A stretch of DNA of 64,000 nt, taken from sequence record PZ386977.1; one strand, 5' to 3'. The position numbers and the translations under genes were made by a program. The notes below the pieces were generated by a model, which was not told the origin of the DNA, did no database searches, and saw nothing but the letters and a program-made list of their open reading frames with translations. Shown one piece after another: positions 38,778 through 47,537 of this stretch. The stretch comes from a phage. Each line of letters starts with the position of its first letter. The first letter of the stretch is position 1.

Positions 38778-39092
38778 TTATTCTTTAGGGAAGTTTTTAG
38801 AGTATGCGTCATAAAGTTTATTACCAATACGACGGAAGACTTTAGCTGCAAAACGGTTTTCAGGGTTTTTAATCATGATTTGCATCATGTAAGTTCCTGC
38901 ATCCGAAAGAGCTTCTTCGTAGTACCCATTAATTTCTTTAAGAGTCCTACGTTTACCGCCAGGACCATCAACGGTAATTTTCCATTTACCTGTAGAAGTG
39001 CGGCTCGGTGGCTCAACTTGTTCAATCCAAATATAACCACCTTCAACGCGTTGGTTGGCGGATTCTGCAATAAATTCTTTATACGTTTTCAT
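38778..39092 (-). CDS. internal head protein (IPII-like) with capsid-targeting leader
   Basis: 104 aa; starts MKTYKEFIAE. Confidence 0.75.
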   Translation of the reverse strand: MKTYKEFIAESANQRVEGGYIWIEQVEPPSRTSTGKWKITVDGPGGKRRTLKEINGYYEEALSDAGTYMMQIMIKNPENRFAAKVFRRIGNKLYDAYSKNFPKE

Positions 39093-39257
39093 TTTTGTTT
39101 CCTTGTTTGTTTTGATAGAGTAATTATACCATATTAATACTTAAGCGTAAACAATTTAAGCTTTACCGCCAGAAATAATTCCAAAGTTGTTAAAATCGTA
39201 TCCAATATCGTCAACATCCACTTTAGGGATAAATTCTTGATACATTTTCATTTTTCC

Positions 39258-39671
39258 TTAGTAAATTGATTTACCATAGTATTTGTACCAAGTCGGACGT
39301 TGAGCAATTTTTTCATCTAAGCGTGCTTGACTTATCGCAATGGACGCTTCGGACGGGACATAATTATTACGAAATTCGGCAGGGATGTCGGAAATATCCT
39401 GGACAGTCGTGTCCTTGATTTTGAAACCACGTTTCAAGCATTCAGCGATTAACTCGATTTGTCGTAAACGTAAAAATTCAAGTTTGTCGTAAAAGAATGT
39501 TACGTGACCTGTGCCTAAGATAAATGTTGGAGAGATTTTAAAATCCTTTACACGTTTACCGTTTTGAACATGTTTACGGACCGCACCAAATACGCGTGGT
39601 AATTCACGATACTCAGCCATAAGATGTTGGTCGGTCAGTTCAGAAACAAGTGTTAAATTGATACGGGTCAT
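39258..39671 (-). CDS. denV: endonuclease V (pyrimidine-dimer DNA glycosylase) DenV
   Basis: [34 protein letters not shown] matches T4 DenV; ATG after GGAGG SD (track ORF starts at upstream TTG). Confidence 0.92.
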   Translation of the reverse strand: MTRINLTLVSELTDQHLMAEYRELPRVFGAVRKHVQNGKRVKDFKISPTFILGTGHVTFFYDKLEFLRLRQIELIAECLKRGFKIKDTTVQDISDIPAEFRNNYVPSEASIAISQARLDEKIAQRPTWYKYYGKSIY

Positions 39672-39729
39672 AATTTCCTCCAAGTAGTTGATGAATGTAT
39701 AGTATCAAAACCCTTGGAGGAAGTAAACA

Positions 39730-40026
39730 CTATTTTTCTGAAGCGCCTGAAATATATTTTTCAAGACGTTGTTTCATCAGAGAGCCGTTCTTAGCGATTT
39801 CTTCCGGCTTATCGCACATACGTAACAAGGCTTCAAGCTTAGCGATATCACTGGTGCGCTCAAATTTGCGAGTATCTATCTTACTAGCAAGTTCAGAAAT
39901 ACGTGCTAATAGACTTTCGGCTTCAACCAAAGCTGCACCTAGCTTAGTTGCAAATGTGTCAGTAGCTTCGTTAAGAATAGATTCTGATAAAAATTCATTA
40001 TATGTTTTCATATATACGCTTTCCAA
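39730..40026 (-). CDS. internal-protein-like protein with capsid-targeting leader
   Basis: 98 aa; starts [10 protein letters not shown]. Confidence 0.7.
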   Translation of the reverse strand: MESVYMKTYNEFLSESILNEATDTFATKLGAALVEAESLLARISELASKIDTRKFERTSDIAKLEALLRMCDKPEEIAKNGSLMKQRLEKYISGASEK

Positions 40027-40496
40027 GTTCCTGTTTTAAATGTTGAGATTACGCGTTTCGCGCGATTAGGTGTCTGACGATACCATTTAGATTGGGCTAG
40101 ATTTACTGCCGCTTCATCCCAACGTTTCTGCTGAAGCATACGAAGAGAATTAGTAAAACCGGCGACGCCTGCTACACCCATTTGGAAGACCATATTGACC
40201 AATGCACACCGACGAACTGCATCTAAAGAATCATATACCGGTTTAAGTTTAGCATTACCCAAGATTCCGCGAACGGCTTTATCAACGTCTTCATTAAATA
40301 GCTTTTCAGCCTCATCAAGGGTAATTGTACCGTTGCATTTACGACCGATCATTCTGTCAAGTTCAGCTTTAGCTACGGCTAAAGACGGGTTCTTTGTTAC
40401 TAAATGGCCTATGCCAATCGTCCAAAAGCCTTCAGTGTCTTTGTATAAAGTCAGTCTAAGACCTTCGTCATTACGAAGCATTTCAAATATATTCAT
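40008..40496 (-). CDS. e: lysozyme (endolysin) e
   Basis: [32 protein letters not shown], 162 aa from internal ATG, T4 lysozyme-like. Confidence 0.95.
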   Translation of the reverse strand: MNIFEMLRNDEGLRLTLYKDTEGFWTIGIGHLVTKNPSLAVAKAELDRMIGRKCNGTITLDEAEKLFNEDVDKAVRGILGNAKLKPVYDSLDAVRRCALVNMVFQMGVAGVAGFTNSLRMLQQKRWDEAAVNLAQSKWYRQTPNRAKRVISTFKTGTWKAYI

Positions 40497-40530
40497 AATA
40501 CCTCCCACGTTTATAGGAGGTATTTATTAC
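40497..40530 (-). promoter_or_regulatory. SD-sequestering hairpin plus late-promoter-like AATAAATA upstream of e
   Basis: mRNA ACCUCC-N10-GGAGGU places the GGAGG SD in the 3' arm; AATAAATA lies just 5' of the hairpin. Confidence 0.55.
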
Positions 40531-40989
40531 TTATAGGAGTGTAGTGAGCACCTTATATAATGATTTGCCCATTACATATTCCCATTGAGAAGGTTTAATT
40601 AAAGCGAATGCATCAAATTCAGGAATCTGTCGTCCGTCTGGGAATGTATGATATGAATTACAAACACTGTTTCTGAATTGCTCGTGCTCTACAGGGATGG
40701 TATATAGGAACAGATGAATATTCTTATTGTCTGAGTAATGATGTTCACCTAGGTCTTTCAGGAAGGCAGGGTCATATTGTGTAAACCCGGTTTCTTCTTC
40801 GCATTCGCGAATAGCGGCTTCAATAGGAGATTCGCCAGGCTCGACACGTCCTTTAGGAATATCCCACCGATGAGCTAAAGAACCTTTAGGACGAGAACCA
40901 GTTACACGCCCCATGAATAATTCTTTATCTTCGGTAAGGAAAATAATACCGGCTGATAGTTCTTTCACTTTATTTTTCTTACTCATCAT
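40531..40989 (-). CDS. nudE: Nudix hydrolase NudE
   Basis: 152 aa; Nudix box GRVEPGESPIEAAIRECEEETG. Confidence 0.85.
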   Translation of the reverse strand: MMSKKNKVKELSAGIIFLTEDKELFMGRVTGSRPKGSLAHRWDIPKGRVEPGESPIEAAIRECEEETGFTQYDPAFLKDLGEHHYSDNKNIHLFLYTIPVEHEQFRNSVCNSYHTFPDGRQIPEFDAFALIKPSQWEYVMGKSLYKVLTTLL

Positions 40990-41230
40990 CTCGGTCCCAT
41001 GATTTGGCCATTAATTCGGACATAAATTCTTCAATGCGCGTTTCTTTAGATGGGCTTTCACTATTAGAGACCGCAAGTTTGTAATCTGCAATAGGACAGA
41101 ACATATCAAAGTCCATATTAAGGTCGTCTTTGATTTTTTCTTCTGACACATCTTTATCGTATGTGTACAGATAACTATCACATGATTCTGATTTAATGTA
41201 AATTGCTATACTCATCTCAAATTCCTGCAT
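40979..41230 (-). CDS. hypothetical acidic protein
   Basis: 83-aa ORF. Confidence 0.45.
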   Translation of the reverse strand: MQEFEMSIAIYIKSESCDSYLYTYDKDVSEEKIKDDLNMDFDMFCPIADYKLAVSNSESPSKETRIEEFMSELMAKSWDRDDE

Positions 41231-41703
41231 TCGGTAATAAAACGTTCAACTTCATTATTCTTGGCTTTTATCTTGTCTTTACGTTCCTGTAAACTACTTT
41301 TAACAAGATTAATAATGATACCTATAGTACCTCCACCAATTATACCACCAATTATACTTACGATAGTAGATGCCAATAAGATAGCGATAATATCTGGTAT
41401 GGCAAAGGCACTTACTTTAGTACTAAAAAACCATACCGACGGTACAAATATAATCCATCCTGTTATCCATTGGCACTTATTGAAAAACTTTTCAAGCTCA
41501 GCTTGAGTTGTTCGTATTACTTCATCGATAGGTTGATATCCATTAATGTATCTGTTCACGATAATACCTGCTGGCTGGTCGATTTTAAATTCTTGGCAAA
41601 TACGTTTCACTAAGTAGGATGGACATCCTGTCCAATCCACTGAATAGTATGAAATACCTTCATTACCGTCGTCAATATTAGACCAATATGTTTTGTTAAT
41701 CAT
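41212..41703 (-). CDS. membrane protein
   Basis: 163 aa; hydrophobic WITGWIIFVPSVWFF and AILLASTIVSIIGGIIGGGTIGIIINL. Confidence 0.5.
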   Translation of the reverse strand: MINKTYWSNIDDGNEGISYYSVDWTGCPSYLVKRICQEFKIDQPAGIIVNRYINGYQPIDEVIRTTQAELEKFFNKCQWITGWIIFVPSVWFFSTKVSAFAIPDIIAILLASTIVSIIGGIIGGGTIGIIINLVKSSLQERKDKIKAKNNEVERFITECRNLR

Positions 41704-42389
41704 TACCAGCCTTCCATAGGGAATTCTAGATAAACTTGAGCGTTGACACGAATTTCATTGGTAATCTTTTTAACTCGGTCTGTATTACGAGATACACGTC
41801 CGAACCAACGCCATCCATTACTAATTGCACGAGAACCAGTGTGCCATGTTTGCCAATCAAACTGAAGAAGAGTACGGTCCGGAGCTTCCCATTTCTCTAG
41901 TTCGCCTTTTTCGATTTTTTCGAGGACTTCTTTGTGCCACTGGCGATAGATAAGTTCGCCATCAGGAATCTGACTGAACTCTGCAGTTCCTGTTGCAAAA
42001 TGAGTAGGACACACGTCAGCGTTAACAAGACCAAGAATATGTTCAGAATGGTAACGAGGGTTATCATAGTCAGGTTGTCCTGCAGTAATAAAGTGTTGGC
42101 CGACTGGAATATCAGGGCGAGGAACATCGTCATGGTGGTATCCAGGAATAGCAGGATACCAACCAGGCATAAGCATATGAACACGTGAATCGAATACTAC
42201 TTCATTAGTGTTCCAGTCATCAGGCAGATTCATGATGAAAGAACGAGTGATAGGACCGCCGTTATCAAAAGCAAACTTCAGGTCGCAGTTGAAGAACATA
42301 GGCTCATTTTTAATTTTATCATTACTGATACGGCCAGCGAAACCACCTACTGCACGAGCTTGACTATTAAACACTTTAGAACTATTCAT
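41703..42389 (-). CDS. hypothetical protein (His/Asp-rich, possible metal-dependent enzyme)
   Basis: 228 aa; GYHHDD...HSEH. Confidence 0.5.
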   Translation of the reverse strand: MNSSKVFNSQARAVGGFAGRISNDKIKNEPMFFNCDLKFAFDNGGPITRSFIMNLPDDWNTNEVVFDSRVHMLMPGWYPAIPGYHHDDVPRPDIPVGQHFITAGQPDYDNPRYHSEHILGLVNADVCPTHFATGTAEFSQIPDGELIYRQWHKEVLEKIEKGELEKWEAPDRTLLQFDWQTWHTGSRAISNGWRWFGRVSRNTDRVKKITNEIRVNAQVYLEFPMEGW

Positions 42390-42390
42390 A

Positions 42391-42696
42391 TTATTTTCCT
42401 CGACATTCTTTAATGAAATTTTCTAGATGGGTAGATTCAATAGCTTTTTTACGAGCTTCTGCGTGTTCTTCTTCAGACAATTTACATTTATAATTAACCC
42501 AGACATTATGGTCGAAACTAGTCGTGGCGTATAATAGCAGTGCTCCAACGAATAACAAAAATGGTGATAAAAATATACAACCAGGAACACCATCCATATC
42601 GTAAGCCTTTTGTAATACTGCAACAGAAAGAGCTGCGTAAAAAGGTGATGCAAATATTGTTAAAAGACCAATTCGGTTGGTTTCGCCTAATTTCAT
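42391..42696 (-). CDS. membrane protein
   Basis: 101 aa, two hydrophobic helices. Confidence 0.5.
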   Translation of the reverse strand: MKLGETNRIGLLTIFASPFYAALSVAVLQKAYDMDGVPGCIFLSPFLLFVGALLLYATTSFDHNVWVNYKCKLSEEEHAEARKKAIESTHLENFIKECRGK

Positions 42697-42724
42697 AATA
42701 TTCTCCTCATGTTTTAATAGGACT

Positions 42725-42754
42725 ACTATAACATAGTCCTATAATTGTGTAAAC
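42725..42754 (-). promoter_or_regulatory. early promoter GTTTACA-N17-TATAGT embedded in ATAGGACT/AGTCCTAT palindrome
   Basis: minus-strand GTTTACACAATTATAGGACTATGTTATAGT. Confidence 0.55.
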
Positions 42755-42766
42755 AGTTTTGTGAAG

Positions 42767-43723
42767 TTATTTGAAAGGTTTTACCATATGGAAATTTTGT
42801 TTGAAACGTTTGACGTAATCGTCGTGTCCTAAGCTTTGATACATACTTACTACTTTACCATAGTTCTCCCAGGCATACTCACGGAACCATCCTGACGTGA
42901 TTGATGTACAGACCTTTTCAAGGGCCATCATAAAACTATCACGTGGATGGATTTTAAAGTCATTAGGAATCTGAGAACGTTCAAGAGCTAGTACACATGC
43001 TTCTTCGTATACACCGGCCAATTTGACCATTTCAGGTAATGATTCGAACTTCTCACGAGACGTCATGACTTCAGAACCATCTTTCATGTAAAATGTATAA
43101 GCCGGACGGTCTGTTAGTGCAATGGCTTCATGAATAGTATCATGGTCATATGTATAAATGTCATCTTTAAAGAACGCACTTTTAGAAGTGTCAAGAACTG
43201 GGTGAGCATAGTTCAAGGTTTCTTTCTGGCGTTTCAGCATAATTTCAGTAAGTTCATCGTTCAGTGTAACACCTTTACCACGAAGATACTGAATATGGTT
43301 CATAGTCTTTAAAAAGAATGGATTATTTTTCTTGAAACGATGAGACATCTTAATTGCAAGGCATACATCAGGAGTTGCCCAGTAAAATCCATTTAAACGG
43401 TCTTTAGACAAATTTTTCTCGGCATATTTTAAAAGGTCATAAGAAGACGTGAAATCTTCAGGAGTGAGTTCACCGACTAATTCACGGACATTAGTGATTG
43501 CCGGAACAATATATGCTTCAAAATGAGTTTCGCGTCCGTTATGGAAGCATTTGAAAACTTGGACACCAGGGTTATCTTGGTGAACATATACACCCATCAT
43601 TTGATTTTTGAATGCATTCCAAGAACATTGGTCCGCAATAAAGTCCCAATCGCTATTTTTGATAGCGCTAGAATCAATAAGACCGTGATAGTGAAGTGCA
43701 CGAGAACCAATAACTAACATCAT
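42767..43723 (-). CDS. hypothetical protein
   Basis: 318-aa ORF. Confidence 0.55.
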   Translation of the reverse strand: MMLVIGSRALHYHGLIDSSAIKNSDWDFIADQCSWNAFKNQMMGVYVHQDNPGVQVFKCFHNGRETHFEAYIVPAITNVRELVGELTPEDFTSSYDLLKYAEKNLSKDRLNGFYWATPDVCLAIKMSHRFKKNNPFFLKTMNHIQYLRGKGVTLNDELTEIMLKRQKETLNYAHPVLDTSKSAFFKDDIYTYDHDTIHEAIALTDRPAYTFYMKDGSEVMTSREKFESLPEMVKLAGVYEEACVLALERSQIPNDFKIHPRDSFMMALEKVCTSITSGWFREYAWENYGKVVSMYQSLGHDDYVKRFKQNFHMVKPFK

Positions 43724-43748
43724 AATAATTTCCTCAAATTTAGATTAC

Positions 43749-44000
43749 TTAAATTTCGCGACATGCGATATTATATTCATCCCAGAGGTCATCATGTGAA
43801 GCCTCTACCAATGGAACTATTGTACCGTTTATGTCTTCATTATAAGGGCAAATTGTACAGTGCGCATCTTCGAATCGGATGCCTTTGTGTTCAGATTTTT
43901 TATAACGCATATCGAATATCTTTGCAAACTTTTCACGACTAATAGTTTTAGCAACTACTTCAGTTCCGATACTTTCGTAATAAATCATTGTGGACTCCAT
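43749..44000 (-). CDS. hypothetical protein
   Basis: 83-aa ORF. Confidence 0.45.
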   Translation of the reverse strand: MESTMIYYESIGTEVVAKTISREKFAKIFDMRYKKSEHKGIRFEDAHCTICPYNEDINGTIVPLVEASHDDLWDEYNIACREI

Positions 44001-44016
44001 TTGTTTTGATAGGACT

Positions 44017-44046
44017 ACTATAACATAGCCCTATCTTGTTGTAAAC
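44017..44046 (-). promoter_or_regulatory. early promoter GTTTACA-N17-TATAGT in palindrome (near-copy of 42725 and 50722 cassettes)
   Basis: GATAGGACTACTATAACATAGCCCTATC element. Confidence 0.55.
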
Positions 44047-44050
44047 TGTT

Positions 44051-44248
44051 TTAGCAAGAATAACTAGATGATACCCAGCCTTGAACAGTAATACTATTAT
44101 TTGATAACGAGATTGCGTCCTGGAGATTAAGACCTGCGTTATCTTCAATCCACAATGTAACTTCTTCACGCTCTTCGGTTGCAATCTGGAACAGGTTTTC
44201 TAGGGCAGCTACTGCTGTACGTACAGCACAATCTAATTCACGAGACAT
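44051..44248 (-). CDS. small protein, WVSSS-x2-C C-terminus family
   Basis: 65 aa ending QGWVSSSYSC. Confidence 0.45.
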   Translation of the reverse strand: MSRELDCAVRTAVAALENLFQIATEEREEVTLWIEDNAGLNLQDAISLSNNSITVQGWVSSSYSC

Positions 44249-44257
44249 ATGATTTCC

Positions 44258-44530
44258 TTAACAAGTGTGAGAAGATGCAACCCAACCGCCATCTTCAAGG
44301 CTCAAGTTGTAGTCGTATTGGTAAACGTCAGCCCATTCAGCATAGCCGTTTTTTATACAACGTTCAAGATCGGCTTTAAGATGTCCTGGTGAATGATAGG
44401 TTCCACCCATGCCATAAGCTGGATACAAGTCGAATGTTGTGTTTTGTTTATTAGCAATTTCTTTGGCAGCCTCAATAGCTGCATAGATTTTTGCTACGGC
44501 TTCAGCCAGTTCGGTTTGTTCTTTAGACAT
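44258..44530 (-). CDS. small protein, WVSSS-x2-C C-terminus family
   Basis: 90 aa ending GGWVASSHTC. Confidence 0.45.
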   Translation of the reverse strand: MSKEQTELAEAVAKIYAAIEAAKEIANKQNTTFDLYPAYGMGGTYHSPGHLKADLERCIKNGYAEWADVYQYDYNLSLEDGGWVASSHTC

Positions 44531-44539
44531 AATGATTCC

Positions 44540-44845
44540 TTAGCACAACGCAGAAGACGAAACCCAAGCACCTTCAGTAATAACGTAACCATTACCTTCA
44601 CGCTTAACGTCGCCACCATTATTTTCAATTTCATTTTTCATCCACTGGGATACGATTTCACCCTTAGGATAATAAGTACGACCGCTACCATAATCACCTA
44701 CAGAAAACGATACAGCGTATTGGTCTGCGATCTTTGTTGCTTCTTCTTCGATACGTTCAGCTTGATTCAGAAGTTTATAAATTGCATCTGAAGCGGATTT
44801 GGCATCATTAAACTCTGGTACTTTAATTTCAATAATCTTACTCAT
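44540..44845 (-). CDS. small protein, WVSSS-x2-C C-terminus family
   Basis: 101 aa ending GAWVSSSALC. Confidence 0.45.
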   Translation of the reverse strand: MSKIIEIKVPEFNDAKSASDAIYKLLNQAERIEEEATKIADQYAVSFSVGDYGSGRTYYPKGEIVSQWMKNEIENNGGDVKREGNGYVITEGAWVSSSALC

Positions 44846-44943
44846 TTTCTACATTCCTTAATAAAGTTTTCGATTGTTTCATTTTCACGTTTAGCTAGGA
44901 GTTCATTATAACTAATCATTTGAGAAGCGTAAACAGCATAAAT

Positions 44944-45315
44944 TCAGTTAAGGCTTTTGCATCTTATTTCCTTAACGAATTCCATAGCTTCTTCATATTC
45001 ATACTTTTTAACAGCTTCATCATACTGAGCTTGGGCTTTTGCGCACTGAACTTTCCATTCTCTTAATCGGGCTCTGTGATGACGTCCTTGGTACCAATAT
45101 CCCATCCAGTTAATAGGCATTAATAAAAACGGTACAATAAGTGGTGCGACGAACATTAATGAAAATGCTGCATCAGACGATATAACTTCACTAGAATCTA
45201 AAACAGCTCCTATAATCATAAAGATTAAAAATGCTAAAGCTAAAATAGGGCCAAATAGTACTTCATTTGGGATTAATTTACGCTTATATTCGTATGCCCA
45301 GGGCTTAATTGGCAT
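44944..45315 (-). CDS. membrane protein (start uncertain)
   Basis: track ORF 44944..45366; trimmed to internal ATG to limit overlap with upstream gene. Confidence 0.4.
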   Translation of the reverse strand: MPIKPWAYEYKRKLIPNEVLFGPILALAFLIFMIIGAVLDSSEVISSDAAFSLMFVAPLIVPFLLMPINWMGYWYQGRHHRARLREWKVQCAKAQAQYDEAVKKYEYEEAMEFVKEIRCKSLN

Positions 45316-45922
45316 GTACAGGGTTGGCTTTGACATATTCTCTACATTCCATAATAAATTGCTCAAGGATTAAATTGTTAGTGAAATTAGGACTAGCAAC
45401 CATAGTTTCATAAAGCGCATCAATAGCACTTAAAGCATCAACTCTTTTAAGCAAAGGCTTGCCTTCATACATAGTTTCAGAATCGACGATTAACGTAAAG
45501 TAGTATTTTTTATTATCGACTAGAACTTCTGTATCGATATAAAACATATTAGACCTCAGAAGTTTATCTCTAAAACCATAATAATCTTCAGAGCGTTCGC
45601 TGATATATTCCAATTCAGTGTTTAAACAACAAACAGACCACGTAGGAGCAACGAAATCAGTGAATCTAATATCATGGTCTGCAACTAGTTTAGCAATAGC
45701 TCCGATATCATGAATCATAATACCCGGGGCTAATAAAGATTTTCGGTTATTTGCATATTCAGTTGTCTCATAAGAAGCTGACCAGTACCATTTACGTCCG
45801 GTTGCAACATATCGTAATGAATCAACTAAAGACGTAGGTGGATTTACCTTATCTCGGAACTCTTCGAACATTGAGTCAATATCATTATTTTGGTTTCGCA
45901 TGTTAACTCCTTTATTATCCAA
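45305..45922 (-). CDS. hypothetical protein
   Basis: 205-aa ORF. Confidence 0.5.
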   Translation of the reverse strand: MDNKGVNMRNQNNDIDSMFEEFRDKVNPPTSLVDSLRYVATGRKWYWSASYETTEYANNRKSLLAPGIMIHDIGAIAKLVADHDIRFTDFVAPTWSVCCLNTELEYISERSEDYYGFRDKLLRSNMFYIDTEVLVDNKKYYFTLIVDSETMYEGKPLLKRVDALSAIDALYETMVASPNFTNNLILEQFIMECREYVKANPVHAN

Positions 45923-45950
45923 AAGGAGGACCGGAGTCCTCCGTATTATT

Positions 45951-46559
45951 TTATTTCAAAGAGTTAATATATTCTTGTACATCAGCAGAAGTGGTTTCGA
46001 CACCGGCTGGAGTGCCATTGAACGTTTCAACACGAGTCAGAGTGTCTTCGATATCAACCTTAGTCAGTGCAGCGATTTCAATTACATCATCAGCCGTAGA
46101 GATACCAAGGGCATTAGCTGCTCGAGTTTCACGAATGTATTCGAGTTTGATTGCCAGATTCTGACGAGCATCGTCAAGTTCAACCACCTTACGAGCAATT
46201 TCAATTCGCATAGCGGCATAACCGTCAGCTTTTGTATTAAGTTGTTCGGCAGTTCGACGATACAGAAGACCAAGCTTAGCATGCATGGTAACATCTTGTC
46301 CTTCAGCCAGGAGCTTACGAATTTCACGTTCCTTAGAAGCGGCTTGCTTGTTCTTTTCATTAACAAGTTCGCGAATACGTTTTTCTTCATTAATGGATTT
46401 AACAGAAGCCGTTTTTAGTTCTTTGATTTGGGTAATCAACTTATCTGCAGCTGCGTTATACTGTTCTTCGACAGTCAGATTTTTAGCCATAGCAGTACCC
46501 AGTTTAGTGCGGATGAATTCAACAAGTTTCTTCAGTGTGTTCATATTATTACCTTTCAA
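45951..46559 (-). CDS. coiled-coil protein (PspA/IM30-like?; tentative)
   Basis: 202 aa, heptad-rich helical sequence. Confidence 0.45.
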   Translation of the reverse strand: MKGNNMNTLKKLVEFIRTKLGTAMAKNLTVEEQYNAAADKLITQIKELKTASVKSINEEKRIRELVNEKNKQAASKEREIRKLLAEGQDVTMHAKLGLLYRRTAEQLNTKADGYAAMRIEIARKVVELDDARQNLAIKLEYIRETRAANALGISTADDVIEIAALTKVDIEDTLTRVETFNGTPAGVETTSADVQEYINSLK

Positions 46560-46614
46560 TTGGTTGTTTATTATCCAACGAGAGCATTATACTCTGCTCT
46601 CAAGAGTTTGTAAA

Positions 46615-46842
46615 TTATTTTTTAATCAAATTGACATAAAACTTGGCGTCTTCTGGGTGCATGCCTTCGCAGTATTCTTCAACCATGAACTTCTTAACAG
46701 CTTCATAAGGACCACTCAGATTAAGCTCAGTTGTCCAGAACTTGGAATCTTGGACTGAATCGATACGAACCTCAGGGTGTCGGTTGCGAATAACTTCTTC
46801 GGTGTATTCATAATCAACTACATCAATACTAACTTTAGCCAT
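46615..46842 (-). CDS. hypothetical protein
   Basis: 75-aa ORF. Confidence 0.45.
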   Translation of the reverse strand: MAKVSIDVVDYEYTEEVIRNRHPEVRIDSVQDSKFWTTELNLSGPYEAVKKFMVEEYCEGMHPEDAKFYVNLIKK

Positions 46843-47121
46843 TTTGTTTTCCTCTTGATTTGATGTGATTACTATAACATAAACTTACTTAGATGTAAAT
46901 TATTTCTACGTCACCTTTAGCTGCTTTATAACCTTCAGCCCAAGATACAACAGAGTTTTTATCTGAGGATTCAAATTCAGGCATTGGACTTTCACCAATA
47001 TTCACACAGTATGTTTCTTCATTTTCATCGAACCAAATAATTAAAGTAGTCATTTTGTTTACTCCTCTGTAGTTGATAAGTCTATAGTATCACCATCCTT
47101 GGTGTTTGTACATCATTATTT

Positions 47122-47427
47122 TTAATTTTTCCAACTTAACAACTTGTAGTATCCTTCATTCATACGTGGTTTATCCCAAGAAATACTAATATATGATTCG
47201 CCATCAATAGAAGTCGCCGGGTTTTTCTCTACCGTAAGACCTTCACTTTCCAACCATTCAATAGTATTTGCGCATAAATCTGAAGAACACCTCATCGGAA
47301 ACTGGCAAGATTTTTCACCTTTAGATGCAGTGTTATACATCTTTTCTAAAATACGCTTTTGCACGTTTTTAAAAATAGTTTCAGCAGATTCTTCAGATTT
47401 TTTATTCAGTTCAGTGTAAAGACTCAT
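47122..47427 (-). CDS. hypothetical protein
   Basis: 101-aa ORF. Confidence 0.5.
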   Translation of the reverse strand: MSLYTELNKKSEESAETIFKNVQKRILEKMYNTASKGEKSCQFPMRCSSDLCANTIEWLESEGLTVEKNPATSIDGESYISISWDKPRMNEGYYKLLSWKN

Positions 47428-47506
47428 AATATTCTCCTCATGTTTTTATAGGTCTATAATAACACATCTAGGGAAGAAGTAAACAACTTTTTCAGTAAGT
47501 TATAGA

Positions 47507-47533
47507 CCCCCTAAAGGGACCCGAAGGTCCCCA
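47507..47533 (-). terminator. stem-loop module (GGGACC-UUCG-GGUCCC) after stop codon
   Basis: identical 27-mer to 29306..29332. Confidence 0.4.
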
Positions 47534-47537
47534 TTCT

